A DNA stretch of 64,000 nucleotides from Planctomycetota bacterium. Lineage in GTDB: Bacteria; Planctomycetota; JAJSAM01; JAJVHW01. Shown one piece after another: positions 39,796 through 49,200 of this stretch; position 1 is the first letter of the stretch; the number at the start of each line of letters is the position of its first letter. The notes under the pieces were generated by a model. That model did not search any database and was not told the DNA's origin. It saw nothing but the letters and a program-made list of their open reading frames with translations. The translations under genes were made by a program, and so were the position numbers. Where the stretch lies: assembly GCA_965248445.1 (NCBI GenBank), contig CBDFJG010000001.1, positions 160,001 through 224,000 of the forward strand, read 5' to 3'.

Positions 39796-40554
39796 ATGCG
39801 GATCCGCGTCCTCGGCTGCAGCGGGGGCAGCGCCAAGGGCGCAGAGCCATCGTGCTATCTGTTCGAGCACGGGGTCTCCGTGGACGCCGGCGCGCTCGCC
39901 GCAACGCTCACACTCGAGGAACAGCGCGCGGTCACGGACGTCTTCGTGACGCACTCGCACTGGGATCACGTCCGCGACCTGCCGCTCACTACGATCAACC
40001 GGACGCCCGACACACCGACCCTGAACGTGCACGGACTGTCGCAGACGATCGAGGCACTTCGAACTCACCTCATGAACGACGTCATGTGGTTCCCCGCGTT
40101 CGACGTGCCGTCCGCCGACACGCCGTACGTGGCGCCGACCGTCATCGCACCTGGCGAGACCCGCGCCGTGAACCGGTACCGAGTGACCGCCGTGCCGATG
40201 CAGCACTCCGTGCCGGCGATCGGATACCTCCTCGATGACGGAACGGTCTCGGTGCTGATGTGTGCGGACACCGTCGGTGGCGGCGCCTGCCGCGACCTCC
40301 CCCGGGACGCGAGCCCCCTCGCCGCGGTCTTCATCGAGGCGTCCTTCCCGAACCGGATGCGCGCGTTCGCCGAGATGACCGGTCACCTCACACCCGAGAT
40401 GATGGCGGCCGAGTGCGCCCACCTGCCCGCCGACGTGAAGGTGTTCGCCACGCACATGAAGCCGGGGTTCGAGGCGGAGATCACGGCCGAGGTCGCCGCG
40501 CTGGACCGCCCCGGCGTGCGCCCAGCGGTGGGTGGTGAGGAACTGGTCTTCTGA
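39796..40554 (+). CDS. MBL-fold 3',5'-cyclic nucleotide phosphodiesterase (class II-like)
   Basis: MRIRVLGCSGG, VDAG, THSHWDH, HSVPAIGY, EASFPN, GHLTP, THMKP motifs; directly follows the cyclase. Confidence 0.85.
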   Translation: MRIRVLGCSGGSAKGAEPSCYLFEHGVSVDAGALAATLTLEEQRAVTDVFVTHSHWDHVRDLPLTTINRTPDTPTLNVHGLSQTIEALRTHLMNDVMWFPAFDVPSADTPYVAPTVIAPGETRAVNRYRVTAVPMQHSVPAIGYLLDDGTVSVLMCADTVGGGACRDLPRDASPLAAVFIEASFPNRMRAFAEMTGHLTPEMMAAECAHLPADVKVFATHMKPGFEAEITAEVAALDRPGVRPAVGGEELVF

Positions 40555-40913
40555 GAGGTTGTCCGACGCCGCAGCTTCTGTCCGGCCCCGCTTGGGTCAG
40601 CCCGCATCGTTCACCGGGATCACGCGCCTGACGCGTCGCGGAGAGCGCGATCTCCGCGTTGGCTCGCCTCGCACGGCCCGTGCAGGGCCGATTTCGGCTC
40701 GCCGCCTTGATCTCGCGCTCGCCGCTCGGTCAGAGATGGGCGACGCCGCACCCCGACCCGGGCAAGCCGGGCAACCCTCACGCAGCTCCCGCATCTCTCG
40801 AGAAACCCGCGCGACCCTGGCGAACGAAGCGGGCTAAACTCCCGGACCCAGCGGATGGATGCGGCCCACAGCCGCACCGGCGACCCGCTCGGTGAGCGCA
40901 AGGGAGACGCACG

Positions 40914-41834
40914 ATGTCCATCACACCCCAGGTCCGCGAAATCCTCTCGTGGTACCCCGCGGACAACGCGGGCACGAAGTCCAACATCGCCCGGCTGCTG
41001 ATGACCGGACGCCTGGCCGGCACGGGCAAGCTCGTGATCCTGCCGGTCGACCAGGGCTGCGAGCACGGCCCGGACCGCTCGTTCCTGCCGAACCCCGCGG
41101 GCTACGACCCCACGTATCACCCCGACCTCGCGGTGGAGGCCGGGTGCAACGGTTACGCGGCTCCGCTCGGCGCGATCGAGGCGGCAGCGGACCGCTACCC
41201 CGGTGTGCTCCCGCTCATCCTCAAGGCGAACAACAGCGACGGCATGGGTGGGCCCGGCGACCCCTGGCCGGCGGTCACGGGATCCGTCGAGGACGCCGTG
41301 CGGCTCGGCTGCTCAGGGATCGGGTTCACGATCTACCCGGGGTCGGACTACCGCAACGACATGTACGGCGAGATCCGTGAGATGGCCGCCGACGCCAAGG
41401 CGCACGGTCTCGCCGTCGTCATCTGGTCGTATCCGCGCGGGAGCGGGCTGGACAAGAAGGCGGAGACGGCCGTCGACGTGATTTCGTACGCCGCGCACAT
41501 GGCCTGCCAGCTCGGCGCTCACCTCGTGAAGGTCAAGCCGCCGACGGATCACGTGAACCAGGACCAGTGCCGGAAGCTCTACGAGGAGCACGGCGTCGAA
41601 CTGGACACGCTCGAGAAGCGCATCCGTCACGTCGTCCGGGCCACGTTCGGCGGGCGGCGCATCGTGATCTTCTCCGGCGGCGCCGCGAAGGGCCGCGACG
41701 CGGTCCTCGAGGAGATCCGCCAGATCAACGCCGGCGGCGGCTTCGGGTCGATCGTCGGTCGCAACTCGTTCCAGCGTACGAAGGAGGATGGCGTCGCCCT
41801 CCTGAACGAGATCATGGACATCTACTCCGGCTGA
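40914..41834 (+). CDS. fbaB: Class I fructose-bisphosphate aldolase
   Basis: GKLVILPVDQG.EHGP.RSF, WSYPRG, GAHLVKVK, GSIVGRNSFQR motifs. Confidence 0.92.
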   Translation: MSITPQVREILSWYPADNAGTKSNIARLLMTGRLAGTGKLVILPVDQGCEHGPDRSFLPNPAGYDPTYHPDLAVEAGCNGYAAPLGAIEAAADRYPGVLPLILKANNSDGMGGPGDPWPAVTGSVEDAVRLGCSGIGFTIYPGSDYRNDMYGEIREMAADAKAHGLAVVIWSYPRGSGLDKKAETAVDVISYAAHMACQLGAHLVKVKPPTDHVNQDQCRKLYEEHGVELDTLEKRIRHVVRATFGGRRIVIFSGGAAKGRDAVLEEIRQINAGGGFGSIVGRNSFQRTKEDGVALLNEIMDIYSG

Positions 41835-41973
41835 ACCGAGTTCCTGATCTCTGTCGCGGTCGAGCGGCGCGGAACCCTGACAAGCACTGCTTTTCCCCTT
41901 CGCTTTCTCCGAGGCAGTCCTGCGAGCCGCGTAGCATGTGCGACCCGATCGGAACCCCCTGGGAGCTCACCAG

Positions 41974-43791
41974 ATGACCGCCGAGACCTCCGCCCCCGCG
42001 GCCGTGCGCACGCTCGTGAACGACTTCACGATCAACGTCGCGACCGTCAACGGCACCGGGAGCCAGACCGCCAACAACACGCTCATCCGCGCGATCATGC
42101 GCATGGGCATTCCGGTCAGCGGGAAGAACCTGTTCCCGTCCAACATCCAGGGGCTTCCGACGTGGTACGTCATCCGCGTCTCCGAGGCTGGGTGGCTCGC
42201 TCCGACCCCCACCATGGAGGTCGTGATCTGCATGAACCGGACGACCGCGCGGGACGACGTCATGAAGGCGCCGCCCGGAGCGTGGGTGATCTACGACGCG
42301 CCGTTCAAGCTCGACACGCTGCGCGACGACGTGCGCTTCTTCCCTGTGCCGTTCTCCGGCGTCGTGAAGGCCGTCGCACCTCCGAAGCTGTGGCGGCTCG
42401 TGCAGAACATGGTCTACGTCGGTGTCGCCGCGCAACTGCTCGGAATCGACCTCGTTCGGATCGACGCGTCGCTCGACAAGTTCTTCGCCAAGAAGCCCAA
42501 GGCCGCCGAGGTCAACAAGGCCGCCGTCCGCGCGGGGATCGCGTACTCCGAAGAGCACTTCGGGGACACGCCGCCGGCGTACCGCGTCGAGCCGCGCAAC
42601 CTGACGGACGGCAAGGTACTCATCGACGGCAACTCGGCAGCCGGGCTCGGCGCGCTGATGGCGGGCTGCACGGTGCTGACGTGGTACCCGATCACGCCGT
42701 CGTCGTCGCTGGCCGAGGCGTTCGAGGAGTACTGCAACCAGTATCGTCACGGAGAGGACGGCCAGGCCCGCTACGCGATCCTCCAGGCGGAGGACGAACT
42801 CGCCGCAATCGGCATGGTGATCGGCGCGGGCTGGGCCGGAGCGCGCGCGATGACGACGACGTCCGGTCCGGGCATCTCGCTGATGAGCGAGTTCATCGGG
42901 CTCTCGTACTACGCCGAGATCCCCGCAGTCATCGCGAACGTGCAGCGCGTCGGACCCTCCACCGGACTGCCGACCCGCACCGCGCAGGGTGACATTCTGT
43001 TCTGCGCATACAACTCGCACGGCGACACCAAGCACCCGCTCGTCCTTCCCGCGTCGCCGCAGGAAGCGTACGAGTTCATGATGGCGGCGTTCGACATCGC
43101 CGAGCGCTTCCAGACGGTGTGCTTCTTCGTCTCCGACCTCGATCTCGGGATGAACAACTGGCTGGCGGACCCGTTCCCCTACCCGACCGCCGACCTCGAC
43201 CGGGGGAAGGTCCTCTCGAACGAGAAACTCGCCGAGATCGGGCTCGAGAACTGGGGCCGCTACAAGGACCTCGACGGCGACGGGGTCCCGTGGCGTTCGC
43301 TACCGGGACAGGAGCTCGACGGCGCGGCGTTCTTCACGCGCGGGAGCGGCCACAACGCCTACGCCCGCTACACGGAGAGCGGCGAGGCGTACGTCGAGAA
43401 CGTCGACCGACTGAGCCGCAAGTTCGACTCGATGCGCAGTTACATGCCGGCTCCGATCGAGGACCCGGCGCCGGACGGCAGCAAGGTCGGTGTCATCGCC
43501 TACGGCACGACCCACTGGGCGATCCTCGAGGCGCGGGTCGAACTGTTCGAGCAGCACGGTGTGCGCTTCGACTACATGCGCCTCTGCGCCTACCCGTTCG
43601 CCGACTCCGTGCGGACGTTCATCGAAGCCCATGATGTCGTGTACGTCATCGAGCAGAACCGCGACGCCCAGATGCTCACCCTGATCCGTAACGACATGCC
43701 GGATCTCACCGGCAAGACCCGCAGCGTCGTCAACTACGACGGCATGCCCATCTACGCACGTGCCGTCGTCGACGGACTTCTCGCGGACTAG
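41974..43791 (+). CDS. 2-oxoacid:acceptor (ferredoxin) oxidoreductase alpha subunit
   Basis: GKNLFPSNIQGLPTW, WYPITPSS, QAEDELAAIG, TSGPGISLM, QRVGPSTGLPT. Confidence 0.93.
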   Translation: MTAETSAPAAVRTLVNDFTINVATVNGTGSQTANNTLIRAIMRMGIPVSGKNLFPSNIQGLPTWYVIRVSEAGWLAPTPTMEVVICMNRTTARDDVMKAPPGAWVIYDAPFKLDTLRDDVRFFPVPFSGVVKAVAPPKLWRLVQNMVYVGVAAQLLGIDLVRIDASLDKFFAKKPKAAEVNKAAVRAGIAYSEEHFGDTPPAYRVEPRNLTDGKVLIDGNSAAGLGALMAGCTVLTWYPITPSSSLAEAFEEYCNQYRHGEDGQARYAILQAEDELAAIGMVIGAGWAGARAMTTTSGPGISLMSEFIGLSYYAEIPAVIANVQRVGPSTGLPTRTAQGDILFCAYNSHGDTKHPLVLPASPQEAYEFMMAAFDIAERFQTVCFFVSDLDLGMNNWLADPFPYPTADLDRGKVLSNEKLAEIGLENWGRYKDLDGDGVPWRSLPGQELDGAAFFTRGSGHNAYARYTESGEAYVENVDRLSRKFDSMRSYMPAPIEDPAPDGSKVGVIAYGTTHWAILEARVELFEQHGVRFDYMRLCAYPFADSVRTFIEAHDVVYVIEQNRDAQMLTLIRNDMPDLTGKTRSVVNYDGMPIYARAVVDGLLAD

Positions 43792-43807
43792 TCGAAAGGA
43801 AGCCCTC

Positions 43808-44887
43808 ATGGCCGAACTTCCGAAGCTGCCAGGTGCTCCGAGTCTCCCCGGCGGCGGAAAGCCGAAGGGTCCGGCCAAGAACCGGCTCGGGATGGTGCAG
43901 AACGAATACAAGGGCACGGATTCGACGCTCTGCAAGGGCTGTGGACACGACGCCATCACGGCGGCCATCGTCCGCGCGTTGTGGGAGAACGCCGAGAACC
44001 CGTTGAAGGTCGCCAAGATGAGCGGCATCGGTTGCTCGTCGAAGACGACGGCGTACTTCCTCTCGCGATCCTGGGGCTTCAACTCGGTACATGGCCGCAT
44101 GCCGTCGGTCACCACCGGCGCCATGCTCGGCAACCGCACGCTGCTGGCGGTCGGGGTCTCCGGCGACGGCGACTCGGCGTCCATCGGCATGGGCCAGTTC
44201 GTGCACGTGATGCGCCGCAACCTCCCGATGACCTACATCGTCGAGAACAACGGCGTGTACGGGCTCACCAAGGGCCAGTTCAGCGCCACGGCGGACCACG
44301 GCGCGAAGTCGAAGTACGGAGAATCGAACGAGTTCGAGGCGATCGACCTCTGCGGACTCGCTCTCGAGCTCGGCGCCACGTTCGTCGCCCGCAGCTACTC
44401 CGCCGACCGAAAGCAGCTGATCCCAATCCTGCGGGCGGCTCTCGACCACCACGGCACCGCCCTGGTGGACGTCATCTCACCATGCGTCACGTTCAACAAC
44501 CACGCCGGCTCCACCAAGTCGTACGACTGGGGCAAGGAGCACGAGGAGCCGATCCACGAGATCGGATACGTGAACGACTGGGACCTGGGCACAGTCGAGT
44601 ACGAGGAGGGTGGATCGATCCGGGTCGACATGCCCGACGGCGGCGAGTTGCAGCTCACCAAGCTGGCCCGCGACCACGATCCGCGCAATCTGCAGGCGGC
44701 AAAGGCGTTGCTGGCCGAGTCGAAGGGCCGCGGGGAGTTCCTCACGGGGATCTTCTACATCGACGAGTCGAAACCCAATCTGCTCGAGAACCTGAAGATG
44801 GTCGAACGGCCCCTCTGCGAGCTGGGCGCGGCCGACCTCCGCCCCAGCGAAGACGCCCTCCACGAGATCATGGAGTCGTTCCGGTAG
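43808..44887 (+). CDS. 2-oxoacid:ferredoxin oxidoreductase beta subunit
   Basis: LCKGCGH, SGIGCS, HGRMP, TPP motif GDGD...NNGVYGLTKGQ, SPCVTFN. Confidence 0.93.
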   Translation: MAELPKLPGAPSLPGGGKPKGPAKNRLGMVQNEYKGTDSTLCKGCGHDAITAAIVRALWENAENPLKVAKMSGIGCSSKTTAYFLSRSWGFNSVHGRMPSVTTGAMLGNRTLLAVGVSGDGDSASIGMGQFVHVMRRNLPMTYIVENNGVYGLTKGQFSATADHGAKSKYGESNEFEAIDLCGLALELGATFVARSYSADRKQLIPILRAALDHHGTALVDVISPCVTFNNHAGSTKSYDWGKEHEEPIHEIGYVNDWDLGTVEYEEGGSIRVDMPDGGELQLTKLARDHDPRNLQAAKALLAESKGRGEFLTGIFYIDESKPNLLENLKMVERPLCELGAADLRPSEDALHEIMESFR

Positions 44888-44993
44888 GGGCGCGCGCTGC
44901 GCGCTCCGCTACCGGAACGAACGTCTGCGTCACGCGGATCGCTCAAGCGATCCGCGCGCCGCGACCCGCGTGCCTGGCGGCACGGTGTTGTCT

Positions 44994-45026
44994 CCCTCCT
45001 ACGCGGTCTCCGACGGCTACGGAGGG
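44994..45026 (+). repeat. REP-like palindrome, copy A
   Basis: CCCTCCTACGCGGTCTCCGACGGCTACGGAGGG; 32/33 identical to the copy at 51585. Confidence 0.75.
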
Positions 45027-45095
45027 CTGCGGTCACGGCGCTCGCTACGCGACCCCCGCGCCCTCGCAGTCCGCTACATCGAGAGAGACGTCGCT

Positions 45096-45120
45096 GTAGG
45101 GGCGGGGCGCTGCCCCGCCC
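45096..45120 (+). repeat. GTAG-type REP-like palindrome
   Basis: GTAG-GGGCGGGGC-GCT-GCCCCGCCC; related units at 44884, 51760 and 13325. Confidence 0.6.
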
Positions 45121-45326
45121 GCGAATGGGCCGGGTCGTTTCACCCTCGCGGGAAACGGTGCCCCGCAACTCGCAGAGCGCGCTCGGTCTCGTCAGTTCGA
45201 CTCCGCCGGTGTACTCCGCGCGCGATGCATGCGCGGGCGCAGCGGCCCGCCGGTACTTGGTGTTACGCGGCGATGCTGCGGATCGGGAGGGCGTGGGGGT
45301 TGCAACGCAATACCCATGACCGACCT

Positions 45327-45358
45327 CCTCCGTAGCGTCCGGAGGACGCGTAGGAGGG
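45327..45358 (-). repeat. REP-like palindrome, copy B (inverted)
   Basis: Reverse complement CCCTCCTACGCGTCCTCCGGACGCTACGGAGG. Confidence 0.7.
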
Positions 45359-45385
45359 ACACGATTCGTGCCGTCAGGCACGCAG

Positions 45386-45426
45386 GTCGTGGCACGCTGA
45401 TCGCGGAGCGATCAGCGTGCCACGAC
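45386..45426. terminator. Perfect 19-bp hairpin between convergent genes
   Basis: GTCGTGGCACGCTGATCGC-GGA-GCGATCAGCGTGCCACGAC, 17 nt after the citrate synthase stop; no clear U-tract. Confidence 0.55.
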
Positions 45427-45443
45427 AATCAGGCCTACGTCGC

Positions 45444-46736
45444 TCAGCGCGCGTCGATCGGTTCGACCGATCGATCGCGCTCGCCGACGTAGACCTGTCT
45501 GGGCCTCGCGATCTTCTGCTCCTTGTCGCCCATCATCTCGTTCCACTGCGCGACCCAGCCCGGCGTGCGGCCGATGGCGAAGAGCACCGTGAAGTACGCC
45601 GGATCGAAGCCGAGCGACTGGTAGATGAGGCCGGAGTAGAAGTCGACGTTCGGGTACAGGTTGCGCGCCTTGAAGTACTCCTCGGCGAGCGCGATGCGCT
45701 CGAGCTCGACGGCCACGTCGAGGAGCGGGTTGCGCCCTGTCTTCGCGAAGACCTCGTGCGCGATGCCCCCGATGATGCGGGCCCGGGGGTCGTAGCTCTT
45801 GTAGACGCGGTGCCCGAAGCCCATCAGCTTGGCTTCCTTGTCCCGCACGCGCTGCATGTACGCGGGGATGCCGGTCGCATCACCGATCTCGGCCAGCATG
45901 CGCAGGACCGCCTCGTTCGCCCCGCCGTGCAGGGGTCCCGAGAGCGATGCGACGGCGGCGGCCGCCGCCGCGTAGGGAGTGGCCTCAGCGCTGCCGACCA
46001 CGCGCATCGTGCTCGTCGAGCAGTTCTGCTCGTGGTCACCGTGCAGGATGAACAGAACGTCGAGCGCGTGCGCGAGAACGGGGTCCGGATCGACGTCGCC
46101 GTCCTCGGACCCGACCATGCGTAGGAAGTCGGCTGCGTAACCGAGCTCCGGCCGCGCGGCAATGGGCTGCCAGCCCTGCCGGTACCGCCAGACCGCGGCG
46201 GCCAGCAACGGCATCTGCGCGATCAGCTTCCGCGTGCGCATCGAGCGCGCTTCGGGATCGCGAACACGTGTTGCGTCGACATCGTGCGCACCGAGGGCGA
46301 CCAGGACTCCCATCAGCATGCTCATGGGATGCGCGTCGCGCGGGAAGCCGTCGAGCGTGCGCTCGAGACCCGAGGGCAGTGAACCGTACGAGGCGAGTTC
46401 GCTGCCGAACGCATCGAGCTGCGCGCGATTCGGCAGATCGCCCTCGAGCAATGCGTAGCACACCTCGACGAACGAAGTGCCCTCGGCCAGCTGCTCGATC
46501 GGATAGCCGCGGTACTGCAGGACGCCGCGGGCGCCGTCGATGTACGTGATCCGGCTGGTGCAGCACGCGGTGTTCTTGAATGCCGGGTCGTACGACATCA
46601 TCCCGAACTCGTCTTCGGTGACCTTCACCTCGCGCAGCCCCATGGCGGGCACGGTCGAGTTCGTGATCGGAAGCGCGTACTCACGGCCGGTGCGGCCGTC
46701 GCGGATCGTGAGGTTGTCCTGGCTGTCGTTGGGCAT
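45444..46736 (-). CDS. gltA: Citrate synthase
   Basis: YDPAFKNTA, LQYRGYPIEQL, HGDHEQNCST, GPLHGGANE, GFGHRVYK, YPNVDFYSG. Confidence 0.95.
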   Translation of the reverse strand: MPNDSQDNLTIRDGRTGREYALPITNSTVPAMGLREVKVTEDEFGMMSYDPAFKNTACCTSRITYIDGARGVLQYRGYPIEQLAEGTSFVEVCYALLEGDLPNRAQLDAFGSELASYGSLPSGLERTLDGFPRDAHPMSMLMGVLVALGAHDVDATRVRDPEARSMRTRKLIAQMPLLAAAVWRYRQGWQPIAARPELGYAADFLRMVGSEDGDVDPDPVLAHALDVLFILHGDHEQNCSTSTMRVVGSAEATPYAAAAAAVASLSGPLHGGANEAVLRMLAEIGDATGIPAYMQRVRDKEAKLMGFGHRVYKSYDPRARIIGGIAHEVFAKTGRNPLLDVAVELERIALAEEYFKARNLYPNVDFYSGLIYQSLGFDPAYFTVLFAIGRTPGWVAQWNEMMGDKEQKIARPRQVYVGERDRSVEPIDAR

Positions 46737-46974
46737 ACCGGAGGTCCGTTGCTTGTTCCGGACCACCGAGCACTGCAGCGAGCCGGGCATTGCAGGGGGC
46801 GGCGGTCCTGTGGTGGTCGGCAGCGGCGCTTCGCCGAAGCACGCCCAGAGATCTGACGGGCGGGTTCGGCGAGAGTTCCGTTGCCTCGATGTGGAACCGC
46901 TCAGTCTACTTGGGGCTTGCGGGGCGGCGCCGAGGATCCGGAGCCGGACAGGTGGGCCGAGGGTGACGAGAACC

Positions 46975-47850
46975 ATGCAGACAGCGGTTGACAGCCAGAC
47001 GAGCGAGGCCCGCCGGGGCCGGAACTTCGGTTTGCCTGCGCTCGGCGTGTCCGTGGGACTGCGGCGGCCGCACGTGGATCAGATCGTGGCGGAGCGCCCC
47101 GACCTGCCGTTCTTCGAGTTCGTGCCCGAGAACTACATGGACCGTGGTGGTCGCTCGCGGCGCACGCTGCTCTCGGTCGCCGCCCACTACAGCATGGTCA
47201 GCCACGGCGTCGGTCTCGGGATCGGCTCTGTGGACCCGCTCGACTGGGAGTACCTGCGCCGGCTCAAGCAGGTCGTGCAAGACGCGGGCGCCCTGTGGGC
47301 GAGCGACCACCTGTGCTGGAACCGCGCCGACGGCCGGTCGTCGAACGACCTGCTGCCGCTCCCGATGACCGGCGAAGCGGTGCGCCACACGGCCGCGCGT
47401 ATCCGTACGGTTGCAGAGTTCCTCGAGGTGCCGTTCCTGATCGAGAACATCAGCACGTACACGGTGCTGCCGGGCGCCGAGATGAGCGAGGCCGAGTTCA
47501 CCACCGCCGTGCTCGAGGAGGCCGATTGCGGCCTCCTGCTCGACGTCAACAACGTCTACGTGAACTCCCGAAACAACGGCATCGACCCGCACGCCTTCCT
47601 GCGCGGCATCCCCGCGCACCGCATCGGGCAGATGCACATGGCCGGCCACGACGACCAGGGCGACGTCTGCGTCGACTCGCACGGCGCGCCGGTGCGCGAC
47701 GAGGTCTGGGCGCTGTTCCGCGAGGCGCTGGCGATCTCCGGCCCGACCAGCGTGCTCATCGAGTGGGACACCAACATCCCGACGCTGGAGAGGCTCCTCG
47801 AAGAGCGCGCCACCGCACAGCGGATCTACAACGAGGTCGTGTCGTCGTGA
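46975..47850 (+). CDS. DUF692 multinuclear non-heme iron oxidase (MNIO; MbnB/TglH/ChrH family)
   Basis: EFVPENYM, SHGVGLGIGS, WASDHLCW, LIENIS, LLLDVNNVYVN, HMAGH, DSHGAPV, LIEWD. Confidence 0.92.
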   Translation: MQTAVDSQTSEARRGRNFGLPALGVSVGLRRPHVDQIVAERPDLPFFEFVPENYMDRGGRSRRTLLSVAAHYSMVSHGVGLGIGSVDPLDWEYLRRLKQVVQDAGALWASDHLCWNRADGRSSNDLLPLPMTGEAVRHTAARIRTVAEFLEVPFLIENISTYTVLPGAEMSEAEFTTAVLEEADCGLLLDVNNVYVNSRNNGIDPHAFLRGIPAHRIGQMHMAGHDDQGDVCVDSHGAPVRDEVWALFREALAISGPTSVLIEWDTNIPTLERLLEERATAQRIYNEVVSS

Positions 47851-48710
47851 GCGAGCCCCCGGCTTCGCTCGCGGACACGCTCTCACGGTTCGCGGATCGC
47901 CTGTTCCACACCGGCGGCGCGGACCCGGGCGACGACGCAATCCACGTCCCCCCGGAGCGCATGCAGGTCTACCGGCAGCTCCTGTTCGGCAACTACAAGT
48001 CGATGCTGCGCTTCGCGTACACGGCGACCTTCCGCATCGTCGCGCTCGAGGCGAAGAGCAACCCCGTCCCGCCCGGCCTGCCCGCTTCGGTGGGAGAGGC
48101 GGTCGACGTCTACCTGTCCACCCAGCCACCCGCGGGACACAGCACGCGCCTGATCGCGGACACGTTCCGGCCGATCTTCGAGGCGCGCTACCCCGTCCTC
48201 TTCGCCCGCTGGCCGCAACTCGCATCGCTGATGGATGTCGAGCGCGCGGAGCTCCACGCGAACTACCACTGGGACGATCCGGGCCGCGGGCCGGAGGACG
48301 ATGAGTTGCCCGCGATGGCGGCCGAGTCGGTCGCAGAGTTCCTCGCGCGCGAGGTGGTGCGTGCGCCCTCGTCTTCGACTCTCCGGCTCGATCAGCCAGG
48401 TGCCACGCTCCACCACCGCGTGATGCACCGAGACTTCCCAGAGCCGGACGCACTGACGGGCCCCGAGTTCGTGCTGGCGTCGCGTCACCCCGACCGGCTC
48501 GAAGCCGTCATCCAGGTCGTGCCCGAGGAAACGCTCCTCCTGCACGAGCTGGCGATGCCCGGCACACCCGTTCGCATCGAGGCGCTCGCGGTTCGGTGGA
48601 TGGAGTCGCTTCCGTCCCGACTCGCATCGGCAGACGACGCGACGAAGCTCTCGAAGTTCGGCCAGGGCGTGTTCGCGGGCCTGTCGGCCGGGGCGCTGCG
48701 GTTCGCATGA
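47847..48710 (+). CDS. DUF2063-like MNIO partner protein
   Basis: GTGA overlap with DUF692; N-terminal ERMQVYRQLLFGN...L..AY pattern and later LASLMDVERAE. Confidence 0.7.
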   Translation: MSEPPASLADTLSRFADRLFHTGGADPGDDAIHVPPERMQVYRQLLFGNYKSMLRFAYTATFRIVALEAKSNPVPPGLPASVGEAVDVYLSTQPPAGHSTRLIADTFRPIFEARYPVLFARWPQLASLMDVERAELHANYHWDDPGRGPEDDELPAMAAESVAEFLAREVVRAPSSSTLRLDQPGATLHHRVMHRDFPEPDALTGPEFVLASRHPDRLEAVIQVVPEETLLLHELAMPGTPVRIEALAVRWMESLPSRLASADDATKLSKFGQGVFAGLSAGALRFA

Positions 48711-49189
48711 GCGGAATCTCGGTCCGTCGCGCGGGTCCCGATGACGCAGAGTCGGTGTACGCCTTCGTGTGCGCGCTCGCGCACTACGAACGCGAGCCGG
48801 ACGCCGTCGAGGCGACGCCGGAGACGTATCGCACGCAACTCGCGTCGGACACACCGCCGTTCGAGTGCCTCCTGGCCGAGGAGGCCGGTAGCCCTCGCGG
48901 GTTCGCCCTGTTCTTCACGACGTACTCCACCTGGCGCGGCAAGCCGGGCATCTGGCTCGACGACCTATTCGTGCCCGAGGAGCACCGCGGCCGTGGAATC
49001 GGCAAGGCGCTGTTCGCGGCGGTCGGCCGCATCGCCGTCGAACGGAACGCCGGCCGCCTCGAGTGGTCCGTGCTCGACTGGAACGAGCCGGCCATCGGCT
49101 TCTACCGTGCGCTCGGCGCCGAGCAGATGGACGAGTGGACGACCCACCGCCTGACCGGCGATCACCTTCGTCGCCTCGGCGGTTCGTAG
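48707..49189 (+). CDS. GNAT N-acetyltransferase (SSAT-like)
   Basis: YSTWRGKPGIWLDDLFVPEEHRGRGIGKAL, WSVLDWNEPAIGFY. Confidence 0.92.
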   Translation: MSGISVRRAGPDDAESVYAFVCALAHYEREPDAVEATPETYRTQLASDTPPFECLLAEEAGSPRGFALFFTTYSTWRGKPGIWLDDLFVPEEHRGRGIGKALFAAVGRIAVERNAGRLEWSVLDWNEPAIGFYRALGAEQMDEWTTHRLTGDHLRRLGGS

Positions 49190-49200
49190 CGGGTCAGCGG

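Noticed and set aside
46737..46974. Small RiPP precursor ORF directly upstream of DUF692
   Set aside because: No convincing start/RBS with a Cys-rich core; the gap looks like a divergent promoter region.
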